From contig JASCQW010000105.1 in assembly GCA_030264375.1 (NCBI GenBank), positions 46,895,712 through 46,959,711 on the forward strand: DNA of 64,000 bases, read 5' to 3'. The notes under the pieces were generated by a model that saw nothing but the letters and a program-made list of their open reading frames with translations, was not told the origin of the DNA and did no database searches. Each line of letters begins with the position of its first letter. The first letter of the stretch is position 1. Of the stretch, positions 48,120 through 59,725 are shown piece by piece. The stretch comes from Carcharhinus longimanus. Taxonomy: Eukaryota. Made by a program: the position numbers and the translations under genes.

Positions 48120-48690
48120 CTGTTGTTGAATGGTGAAACTGAGTTATTGATATTACGCTTGAGTGGGTTCTTCACATAGAATATTGCTCTCTAGGTTGCC
48201 CACCTCTTTTGGCAGCTGGCAGCCTGTCTGTGGGCTGGGGTGGGAATCCTTAAGATTAATGTTCAGAGCTCAAATGGGGGCACTTTCTGGTTCTAAAGTC
48301 TGCCCCATAGAACACCTGCCCTGCCCTCTCCAGTGACCCCACACCCTCACCTCACTCCTATCACCTGCTTGACTGATCCTGGTGAGGCAGCCACTTACCT
48401 CTCCTTCAAAGCATCCAGTACTTTTCTTCAATCTGGGCCTCCTGCAGTACTAGTAGTGGCCACCATTCCTAGTAGCACTATTGAGTTTGAACAGCTGTCA
48501 GTCACTGATTGGCCAGCAGCTCTTGGACATGTGATCCTTGTCTTGAAGGCTACAGGAAACCTGGTAGCAGAGATGCAAATGTCTGATTTGTATTTAACTT
48601 ATTGGACCTTCTGGAAATAGCCACGGCAGGCTTGCTGGTGACTCTTTGACCAGTGAATGGACTCATTGCACAGTCATTTAATTCAGCCCC
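48120..48690. mobile_element. Old MITE-like element
   Basis: GC-richer block ending TTAATTCAGCCCC; left end degraded. Confidence 0.35.
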
Positions 48691-51034
48691 AGGTTTCTAT
48701 AATTTCTGAAACTCAGAATCGAAAAGCAAATTGTGAAAAATGTTGCATTAGAACATTGGATAGTTGAAAGCTTTGAACTTCACAACAAATGTACTAAATT
48801 GTGAAAGTATGTATGGAACAATTCTACACTGCATTTGTTGCCAGGCTGTGAAAAGTCATTGTTTTGATGGGCAATCAGTATATCTATTGATAAGCACTTA
48901 CTAGACAAATCAAATTGTTGTATTTAATCCCTCTGCACAAAATAGTCTTGCACAGTTTTCCTATTAAATATTTCAGAAGTGTTTTGATATATTCACAAAA
49001 TCCTGTGCTGTAGGATTTTGTTTCTGTTGTGGAATCTTGAGCCCTGACAAATCAAGTGTTATTTTGCAGTGCAGTGGCTGTAATTTTTAGTTTTGCATCA
49101 ACCTCTCACTGTCAGATGTCACTTTCATAACTGCTGCTTACAAAATATTGTTAGTTCAACAGGAGTGCCTTGAAGTTCCCCCACTCTTTTAATACAGAGT
49201 TCCTTACTCCACAATACAAAGGAAAGTTTCAGACACGGATTACCAGAGTTCATTCACTTGGCCAAAAGTGTTCAAACCGTTTGAGCAGCTCAACTCAGTA
49301 TAATTGCATTGGATTAGGGTTTCTATAGACATTTATAGATTTTACACTTTATATCGGCACAGAGACTTCCATAAATAAAGATAAAGTTTCATCAAAGTAT
49401 CAGCTTCTTTTTATCGATTTGGGATCAATTTCAGAAGAATTCAATTTGTAATCAAATTAAAGGGAGTTTAATTGTAACTAATCCATAGATTTCCACATCA
49501 CCCTTCAAAAGTAACTGAGTTAAACTGCATAGTGCAGTGCGCAATGCAAAATTCACTTAATTGCACTTCTTCCTGATCTGGCATAAATCTAGTTGCTTTT
49601 GGAAGATTGTTCAGTTGGAATCCATCTTCGGGCTTAAGCATTGAATGTTATCACAAATTATTGTTCGGTTTTATGAATAATGTGCCTCACAGCAACAACA
49701 TTCTTCATCTTGATTCAATTTTCTACCCAATGAATATAATATTCAAAAGAAATATCTATCTTTAAAATATGGCTTTAAAGCCATTAGAAACATTATGAAG
49801 CTGATAATTTCTGTGAAACAGCTGCAGGTTTGGCTTCAGATTACCATGCTCTCATTCCCTAGGAGGAAAGCAACTCAATTATATAGGAATAGGTAAATTT
49901 GATTTGCTAACTTCTCCACCCAGACACATTAATACAAATTGAAACTGCAGGATAATCCGATACCACAACTTGAAACGATAGGTATTACATATTTATATCA
50001 CATTATCCTTTTGGGAATTAAGCTATTTTAAGTCACACCGGTGGGTGTATACTGTGTGGTATCAGTCCAACAATCACTGTGCTGTCCGTACTGTCATGTT
50101 TCCACATGCTGCCATTTTTTTGAGGGCCTCTGCTTGGGCAGCCCAGGTGCTTTCCTGTTTCATGTGGGTACTTCATTTGAAAATACTAAACAGGGACTTG
50201 AGGTACTTTCACAAAATTAGGTATCAGCAGCCATAGTGAATGTTAGCATTTTCTTCTATTGGTGGCAGAATTGGATAAAAAGCAGGCCTTCTTTGTCCAG
50301 ATACCTGGGCAGTAAGAATACTCCTTTTCCACCACTTATTTGGAACTTGCTCAGAATTGAAGTCCACCCTATAAAATCATAGAATTTTACAGTTCAGAAG
50401 GATACAATTTGAACAACATTCTCTAAAATGAAATGCAATTATGTTACACTCCTTGTCCTTTCTCAAGTTCCATTTATTTAAAAAAATTATCAGCTTTCTT
50501 AAACAGTACAATATTAAAAATTTTGCTTCAATTGTTGTCTTTCATGTTATTCCACTTAATAAAAATAGGTTTTCTCTTAATCTGCTCTGTTCGATTTCTT
50601 CAGTCTCTCAATAGCTGAAGTATTTAATTCTTCTTTTAATCCTACCTGCAAATTCCTTCTGTATCCACTCTATGGCACGACCCAGTTATTAATGGAACCA
50701 TAAAACACAGTAGCTTAACCAGTATGAGTAAATCAACTCCTTATATTACATTTAGAGCATTGTACTACATAAAGGGTTAAATGCAAATTTCTTGAATCTC
50801 CTTTGAGAACTTGCAGGATCCATTCACCTATGTGCCTCAGAGCTCAAAAGAGTTGTACTCCATGCTAATAACGTGCTCAGGAACTTCCTGATTTTATGCC
50901 ATGTACTTCTTGCACACTGAGGACATTAGACCATATGAAACTTGTGCAGCAACTCCCCCAGTCAACTGGTACAGTATCGCCAGAATAGAGGACGTTGAGA
51001 GCTTTGAAGAGTTTCCAAACATTCTTTGCTGATT

Positions 51035-51156
51035 AAAAGCAAAATACTACAGTTGTTGCAGACCTGAAAGTACCCTGGAAGAACTCTGCAGATCTGACAG
51101 CATTTGTGGAGAGAGAAACAATATTAATGTTTTGAGTCCAATAAGAAGTCATCAAG
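51035..51156 (-). mobile_element. Solo Penelope pLTR fragment (decayed hammerhead)
   Basis: GATCTGACAGCATTTGTGGAGAGAGAAACAATATTAATGTTTTGAGTCCAAT matches 1380-1432 and 30020-30070. Confidence 0.7.
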
Positions 51157-51159
51157 ATA

Positions 51160-52760
51160 ATGGATGATGGAAACTCACCTGGACTTCCAAAATACTTTCG
51201 ATAAAGTTACGGTATCAGATGGATACAAAATCAAAGCCTCAGATATTCATGGCAGTCTACAGTTCTGGATTGAGAATTGGCTGAGAGCTAGTAAGCAGAA
51301 AATGATTGCAGCTGGATTTAAATCTGCTTGGAGGGTGGTCATGAGTGGTATTCGACAGGGATTAGTGCTGCAATTTCATTCAATATTTTTATTAATAATC
51401 TAAAGCAACAGCAATTTATTTTTAATATACCCAAGACACTTCACTGGAGAATTATAAAGCATGTTTTAATAAAATTAGATGTAAATAGTAAGGAGAATAA
51501 TCTTCAAGTTTTCAAATGGTGCTAAGATAAGTGTAAGAATTAGGAATGTGAATGTTGCCCAACTTCAACAGACAGCTGCAGACATCCTGGAAAATTGGGC
51601 TCACGACTGGTTAAAGTAGTCTAGTCCAGTTTTACGCAAATGGGTGAAGGAAATGTTGAATACATGTGCACCCTTCAGGGAAAAGTCAGTACTTACATAA
51701 CGAGATGGGTGTTCAGGTGTATAGATCTTGAGAGGTTCATGAATGATGGCATGTAGCAATAGCAAGAGCAAATATCAATTGGGCCAGTGGGCTGAAGAAT
51801 GGCAGCTGGAATTTAATTTAGACAAGTGCAAGGTGATGTATTTTGGTAGATTGAACCAGAGTAGGGCTTGTTCAGTTAATGGTAGGGCATTGGGTAGAGT
51901 TACAGAACAAAGAGCTCTAGGAATACATGTTCATAGCTCCTTGTAAGTGGAGTCACAGGTGGACAGAATGGTGAAGGAGGCATGCTTGGTTTCTTCAGTC
52001 AGAACATTGAATTCAGGAATTGGGATGTCTTGTTGAAGTTGCACAAGACATTGGTAAGGCCACATTTGGAATACTGTGTGCAGTTCTGGTCACCCTATTA
52101 TAGAAAGGAGAGGTAATTAAACTAGAAAGAGTGTAGAAAAGATTTACTAGGATGCTACTGGGACTTGATGCTTTGAGGTATAAGGAGAGGCTGGATAGGC
52201 TGGGACTTCTTTCTTTGAGGGGTGACCAAAGAGGTTTATAAAATTATGAGGGGCATAGATAAGATGAAACGGGGGAGATACAAAAGTATCCAGAGGGGCA
52301 ATTTTTTCATACAGAGGGCGGTATGTGTCTGGAACAAGCTGCTAGAAGTAGTAGTAGAGGGTACAATGTTGTCTTTTAAAAAGCATTTAGATAGTTACAT
52401 GGGTACAATGGGTAGAGAGGGATATGGGCCAAATGCGGGCAATTGGGATTAGCTTAGGGATTTAAAAAAAAGGGTGGCATGGACAGGTTGGGCCGAAAGG
52501 CCTGTTTCCATGCTGTAAACCTCTATGGTGCTAGGGCATATTCTAGGGCAATATATTATGAACTGAGGCATGTTATTTTGTCTTTACAAGAGCTTTGTTC
52601 AGCCTCATCTCAAATACTGTGTCCAGTTTAGATGTCCTCAAAAAAGTGTGCGATGTTAAGGCTTTTGAAAGGGTGAAGTGGTGAGCCATATCATTAGTTT
52701 TCATTTTGCAAATGTTACTTACACAGATAATTTCGAAGAGTTGGAAGTCCAGATTTTAGG
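51160..52760 (+). mobile_element. Ancient CR1 ORF2 hosting a younger CR1
   Basis: LDFQNTFDKV and WIENWL...SGIRQG; AIARAN|MVLGH rejoins across the insert. Confidence 0.75.
51776..52526 (+). mobile_element. HER1/CR1 LINE, 5'-truncated
   Basis: QLGQWAEEWQLEFNLDKCKVMYFG, KTLVRPHLEYCVQFWSP and GYGPNAGNWD; tail GGCCGAAAGGCCTGTTTCCATGCTGTAAACCTCTAT. Confidence 0.92.
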
Positions 52761-53969
52761 GATGGAGGGAGCGAGACTTTTCCATGGGTTGGATTTGAGT
52801 TTGGAGTTGAGCATGCACACAATTTCGCAATGCCAGTTCCATGCCACCTTCTTCACCCAGAGTCATTTTCAATTAGGTGGCTTGGGGTTGGACCATCATT
52901 GCTTCCTAATGGGCAAACAATTCAGGAAAGTTGATATTAATGCTATTACAATGCTTTTCCCACATCAGACTGAAATTTTCAGTTGGCAATGTGGGTTGGA
53001 CTATGTCCAGGCCAACGTGATAGACTCACGGGAGGGGGTGAAGAGTAGGAAGGGGACAATCAACCCCACCCCACCCCCAACCCATGAGGGCTACTGAAAC
53101 TGAGTTGACAGCCAGATTCTAGACCCAGGATTGAAAATCTCAGCCAAGGTCTCAGTGGTGTTTAAATGGAGGTTCATAATGTTCAAAGGATTAATAGATC
53201 CAGCTAAGTTCCTTTAACTTGAATGGAAATAAAAATTAGGCAAGATGTAAAATGAGCTGCTGACTGTTGCCCATTTTAAACTATTGCACAGAGCGCCAGC
53301 CTCCTCCCTTGATTCTGTTTCCTTTCTGAGATACAATTCTAAACACTGATTTTGTTGCAATGCTCAGCAATGGCTTTTGCATTGATTCAAATGTAACTGT
53401 GCCATTTGTGTCCAATATTATGAAGTCAATCTATTACTGCAATGATGTGTAATTCCTAGTGCAGATTTGGATGAATGTACAGAACACGCTAATAGTGGGA
53501 CCAGAAATTTTTATGTCAGTGAACTTTAAAGGGAAGGCAACCATTAAAGAGGAGTATCAAAATAGGCAGACAAAAATCCTGAAATCCTTTGGAGAGACTC
53601 AATTGGCTTCTCAACTACTTACCAGCCCTTTCCTGGACTGATGGGAAAGCAGAAAAAGAAATTACAAAAAAAATGAAAGGAAAGCATGCCAAAAATGCAG
53701 AAATGCAAGCAATAAATTGAGCCATTCATCACCCATTTCACGTTTAGTGGCTGAAAATATCCAGAAATAAATCCTCATCATCACATCATTGAGTCCTTAA
53801 AATGAATCTCTGTATACATAGTACTGCTTAGAACCCAGGATGCTCAGTTCACCTGAGAATAATTATAAATGAAAGCCCTACATATCAGAACATTGAGAAA
53901 TGGTATGCACAATACCTCCACTTGTACACTAATATTAAAATGAATGTTCTGCCTTCTTTACTTGGTTCT

Positions 53970-56900
53970 TGTCATACATGAAACTATGGCACAGAGCAAG
54001 GATGAGGCATACATTGTTTATGCGGTGCATTCTGGAAATGGGTGACAGATTGTGGTTTTACCTCACATGGCCTTGGGAGGGCATTAAACCCTTAAACTCT
54101 TCTGTGAGTGCATGGATACTTGGGGGGATGGTGGTGGTGGGGGTTGCCCTTCTCGCACTCTCCAAAGCAGAGCTATCTCTATCTCTGCTAATAACTTCCT
54201 TTGTACAGTCTAATTATATACCTCTTAGATTAAACCGATTCCAAGTCATTTGCTGAGGTAGTTGAATTGGTGAAAACATCAGCCAAAGCCATCAGTAATA
54301 TTGCAGCAATTTGAATTTAACTCAGCTGGGGAAAAGCCTTGGAGGAAACTATTGCAACTTATATTACCAAGTTAAGACAGGTAATATACTACGACTTTGG
54401 AGCCACTCCCAAGGATATGCTGTATGGCCATTTAGTTTGCAGGGTAAATATGAACTCATCTAAAGGAAGCTATTAGCAAAGACAGGGATAAATTTTGGAG
54501 GTAACACTGGTTGATGGAGAATGCAGAGAAGGGTGCACAGGAGCTTCAGAGTGTGAAATGGTGCACCCAGGTAGGGTGGGAAACTGCTGTCAGCAATGGC
54601 ACCAAAAATACAGATGCAATTTTAAAAAGTGAAACAGATGTATCCATAAATACAACAAGAAAATTTAGAAGAGCCTATCAATCAACTAGGATTGAAGTAG
54701 AGTGTTATAGATGTGGGACTAATTACTTCCCTGAAACCTGCAAATATTAACTTTTTTTCTGCCACAGGAAAGGTCACTCGAGGGACCAAGATAAAAGTAA
54801 GTCAAGACTTCCGAGCAACATAGTTCGTAATATATCGCAAATGCATAATATGGAAGAGTCCAGCACTAAGGATTTAAATGGTCACTCATCATTCAATGTG
54901 AAAGCAGGTAAGGTAGCCCCCAACATTGTGATGCTTTTGATATATGGTAGACCCTAAAAGATGGAAGCTTTACCACAGTGATAAGAGAACACACATTTTG
55001 ATGTTTACAAGAAGTAATACTAGCATCAGAACAAGGGACAGTGTTTTGGTCTATGATTGACTGAAGTTAATCAAGTCAAACTGGATGGAAATCTTCCATG
55101 TATGGGAAGGGGAACTGCCTGAGTTAATAAAAAAGTTTTTTTGTGACAAGTTAGGTGAAATAAAGAGCCTCCAGATGAAAATCTATAAAGATTCAGAGGC
55201 AGCCCCTTGTTGTTTTGGAGAAGACCAGTGTCATATGCTTTGAGAGAAAAGCTGGACACAGAATTGAAGAGACTGGAAAAACGAATGATCTCCAACCAGT
55301 TCAATTCGCAGAGTGGGCAGCATCCATAGTCCCTGTAATAAAGCCTGACAAGACTGTTCACATCTTTGGAGACTACAAATTAATAGTTAATCAGGCTGCT
55401 ACATTATATGATCAGATCCCAAAGATTGAACACTTGTATGCAAAACTAGCGATGGGGCAGGGCCGGCGGGGGGGGGGGGAGGTGGAGGTGTCAGTCTCAC
55501 ACAAAGCTGGATATGAACCATGCCTATCAACAACTTGAATTAGATTATGTTCCCCAAGGTTATGTTGTGATAAACACACACAAAGGTTTNNNNNNNNNNN
55601 NNNNNNNNNNNNNNNNNNNNNNNNNNNNNNNNNNNNNNNNNNNNNNNNNNNNNNNNNNNNNNNNNNNNNNNNNNNNNNNNNNNNNNNNNCCTTCCTTTTG
55701 GTGCATTGTCGGCGTGTGCTATTTTCTGGAGAAGAAGGGAAAGTCTATTGCAAGGACTGCCATAAGTTGTAGTGTACCTGGATGATGTTTTGATAGCTGG
55801 ATTGACAGAAACTGAGCACCTAACTAAATTAGAGGAGGTGCTAAAGAGATTTCAGGAGATTGGAGTTAATCTCAAGGAGAAATGCACATTTCAATCTACT
55901 GGGATAGCCTGAGGTATGGAATAGTCATTCTTAGGAATGATAAATTACTATGGGCATTTTCCACCAAATTTGTCGAATTATTGGCCCTCTTACATATGTT
56001 ACTGAAGAAGCATCAGCATTGGTTTTAAACGATGCCCCAGAGTGAAGTTTTTAACATAATAAATCAATTATTACACTCATCAAGCTTATTGGTGCATTTT
56101 GACCCATCTAAGGAATTGGTGTTAACCTTTGACATCTCTCCTTATGGCATTGTCTCATAAAATGGATGAGAGATCTAAAAGACTATAAGGAACATCTTGA
56201 GAAGCCCCCCAGAGACTGATAAAGGATATTCTCAGATTGAAAAAGAAGGTTTGTCAATAGTATATGGTGTTAAGAAGTTCCACCAGTACACATATGGAAG
56301 GTATTTTACTATTGTTACAGACCACAAGCCACCCTTGGATCTTCTAAAGGAGACAAGGTTATTCTGCTAATTGCATCTGCAAAAATTCAGCGAATGAGGA
56401 TGAGTTACCTGCCTTTACTAGAGAATGTATCACCTCCCCCAGTACTGCAGGGATTTGATATGGCGTTGAAATTCTTGGACACACATTGCCAGTCTCAGTG
56501 AAATAGATCATGACTGGACCAGTTAGGGTCCACTGGTGACTGAAATGAGGCACAGGACACTACTGGGATAGACTAATGAGCCAGTTTCTGAAGTGATAAA
56601 ACCAAATTTAATACGAAACAATGAGTTGAGTTGCCAAGATGACATCATATTTTGGAGAGAAAGAGTAGTCATCACTGTACCAGGAAGAGAGTTGCTCTAG
56701 TTGAATTACACAGTGCCCGTCTGGATATATTTTAGATGAAGATGCGCACCAGGAAATATGTCTAGTGGACTAGCATTGATGCTGACATTGTGATCCCAGT
56801 CAAGCACTGTGAACACTGTCAGCTGCAACAAAGGTTGCCTGCTGTGGCCTCATTACACCCTTGGGAGTAGCCTGATTGACTATGGGTATGAATCCATATT

Positions 56901-57052
56901 GATTATGGTGGTCCATTCATAGGTACAGTGTTTTTGTTCCTTGTTGATTCACATTCAAACTGGATGGAAGTGTCTAGGTGAAGTCTCTGACATTGCATGT
57001 TACAGTTGAGAAATTACGCCAATATTTCTCTACCCACAGAATACATGAAGGC
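53970..57052 (+). mobile_element. Decayed Gypsy (Mag/K02A2.6-like) element: partial LTR, gag, PR, RT, RNase H, integrase N-half; contains the gap at 55590-55689
   Basis: CYRCG...CHRKGH knuckle, VQFAEWAASIVPVIKPD, LDMNHAYQQ, YLDDVLI, YSQIEKEGL, TDHKP, CEHCQ and IHIDYGGPF, in Gypsy domain order. Confidence 0.93.
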
Positions 57053-58069
57053 AAGGGGCAGAATCTTACCAAAAAAATGATAAAATATCAGGGTCTTACT
57101 GGAAAATGACGTGTTTTTCCCCAGAGAAACACGCCAGTTTTATCTCTAAATCTTTTGACATTTTGTCAAAAAACAACAGGGAGCCGGGGCCTAAACACAC
57201 CAGCAAAGCTTGGCTGTACTGAAATTAGGGTGCTGTTTTTAAAGGCAACCCAGTCAAAGTGAAAAAATGCAGGGCACTGCCTGGTCAAGTCCCTCTTCTC
57301 CTCCCCTCCAAGGTGCTATGTTCACCTTTATAACCCTCTGGGGTGGGGGTGGGGAATCCCCATGACAGGTTCACACCAACCTGAAAAGGGGCTAGGTTGA
57401 GAGATCACTGATTAATGGAAGAGCCTTTCCAGCATGTAGGTTACTTTCAGCTTAAGTGAGCCTCACCATTCGCCTTGCATTGAGGACCTGTGGGAAAAGC
57501 TGTGTCCAGATATGGTGAGGATCTATCTCTATGGGAGAAGGCTCAAAAAGAATGAGGAATTAAGGTAGTGAACAAGAGGTTTTAATAATTTGTGCTTTTG
57601 TCACAATTGATTTTGAACGCTAACTAGCAGTGCTTAACTTCACCCATGCCTTCTCCATGCCACCAAACTGCCTGAACCTTTTGAGCCCTCCCACTACATG
57701 CTGGTGTGTTCCCATGACACGCATCGGAGGTGGTGGCCTGTTGCCTTCACAACCCTATTGCCAGCAACGCCCTTTGCTGTTGTTTCCTGGAGATGTTGGA
57801 CCTGGAGAGACCAGGGCTGACTTTCAGGTGGCACTAGTGTTACCCTGTTATGCCCACTGCCCTGGAGAAGTGCTAGTATTAGGAAAGGGGAAGTGAAAAG
57901 AGCTGGTCACTCCCAGAGTCTCCTGAGGGGAAGGCCCTGGGATGTGCACTAGCGTTTCCTCCTCACTCCTAGGGTTATTCCATGGGATGGAGGGAGTGAG
58001 TTCCAGAAACGTCAATGTCATCTGGCGCTCCCAGTCCTGGAAGCCAGCTAGTTTCTGCACCATGGTGTT

Positions 58070-58290
58070 GAACCTCGCAATAATGGTCATCTGTGTCTTG
58101 AAGCCCTCAGTAATGGTCATCTGTGTCTCCACCACCATCTTGGAGCCCTCAGCAACGGTGCTCTGTGTCTCCATCATGATCTCAAAGCCCTTAGTAATGA
58201 TCATCTGTGTCTCCACCACCATCACGAAACCTTCAGCAATGGTGCTTTGTGTCTGCATTGTGCTCTCGAGTCCCTTAGCTGTGGTTCTCA
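58070..58290 (-). repeat. Coding tandem repeat, 42-bp/14-aa unit with 84-bp higher-order alternation
   Basis: ESTMQTQSTIAEGF / VMVVETQMIITKGF / EIMMETQSTVAEGS / KMVVETQMTITEGF / KTQMTIIARF. Confidence 0.9.
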
Positions 58291-59011
58291 GAGACTGAAC
58301 CATGCTTTGGACTGCTTCAGTCATGGCCCTGATGTCTTGCCCCGGGCTTTCCACCGAAGACACCAGCACCAGTGTTGATTTGACACCATGCAACCCTGGC
58401 AACATGTGAAACTGAAGGCGCTAGCACTCCTCCAATCAGTCTCCCAGTTGCAGGAATGTCACTGACAACTCCTCCTGGTATTCCTGGCTCCACCTTTGCT
58501 TCGCAAACATGTCCAGTGGCATGGCATTTGTCTGGGGCACAGCTGAGTCCTGGGACCCAGCAGACTTCTGACTTCCTGATCCCTGGGACATTTCTATCTC
58601 TATCTGATGTGCATCAGAAGCAGTGTGGTGCTCACCAGATAATGACACAAAAGTCTGACTGCTAATTTCCCCCATCGAAGTGTGAATCTCTGTGCTGGTG
58701 GATAGTGTGGGTGATAGCTGTGATGAATTTTCAGTGTTCTCCTCCATGATCAAGGTGCTGTCAAGGGTAGAAGGGGAGTGCTCTGCTAGCAATGTCCAAA
58801 ACTCATTGGTTGAAGTTCCTGCAGGGCACGGTACATGGTTTTCGTACATGTCATGGTCAAAACATTTGGACAATAATTCACTTGAGACAGGTCAGCTGGA
58901 TGAAGGTACAGTGACTTCTCACTTCTCTGTCACCTCGCTGTCAGCATTGGCTTGCTTCTGGCTTCCCCTGTGAGTTCCAATGTCCTTTCCTTAAAGGGTG
59001 TCAAAGATCTT

Positions 59012-59725
59012 TGTTAGCAGAATTCAAAATACTCTGGGATTCAAAACACTAACAAGGATTACTAGAACTGAGTGGGTTAACTTTGGATAAGAATTACAAA
59101 CTGCCTTAAAAATATTACAAGGTATTGTCTGCATAGAAACACACATCATCACATTAAACATGTATTTTGGATTTAAACAACTATTTTGGATTTGATTTCT
59201 GCACACTTTGGGAAAGTACAGATTTCCAGACTCTAAAATGATTAGTATTATCATTTTTATTGATAAGGTAGCTCATCAAGGTGATGGGAACAGAAACTTT
59301 GACTTGTGATTTGCATAAAAGAAGTTGCTGAGAGAGGGGGAAAAGTTACCTTTGAACTCTATAATATTAAGAGACTGTTAAGAGACCGGAGGGAAAGAGC
59401 TTCTGGATTCTACAGACCAATGAACTCCCATGTTGTCAGAGGGTGGGATTGAGTTGGCTAAGGTACGTAACTTATATTAACAATGATTGGTGAAGACCAA
59501 TGATGTCGATTCATATCCAATGGGAATGGACTGATAGTCAGGAGAAGCTAACTTTGGGAATTTCGGAAATCGCAGTCAGACTGCTTGACTGTGTATTTTC
59601 TCCCAGCATGCGTTGGTCGATAAAAAGGAACATCTTTAACCAGGATACTGCTTTCACAAATCTTTGTATCTGCTAAAATTTTAGCAATACTTGGTGTCTG
59701 AAAAAGCCCCCATTGCAATCCTGTA
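59012..59725 (-). mobile_element. Solo-LTR-like insertion in Myb/SANT exon 2
   Basis: Flanked by CTT on both sides; Myb exon-2 homology resumes on the far side (LTPFKERTLELTG). It has CCAAT boxes (59416, 59497, 59517), a TATA-like tract at ~59360 and minus-strand AATAAA at ~59256. Confidence 0.45.
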
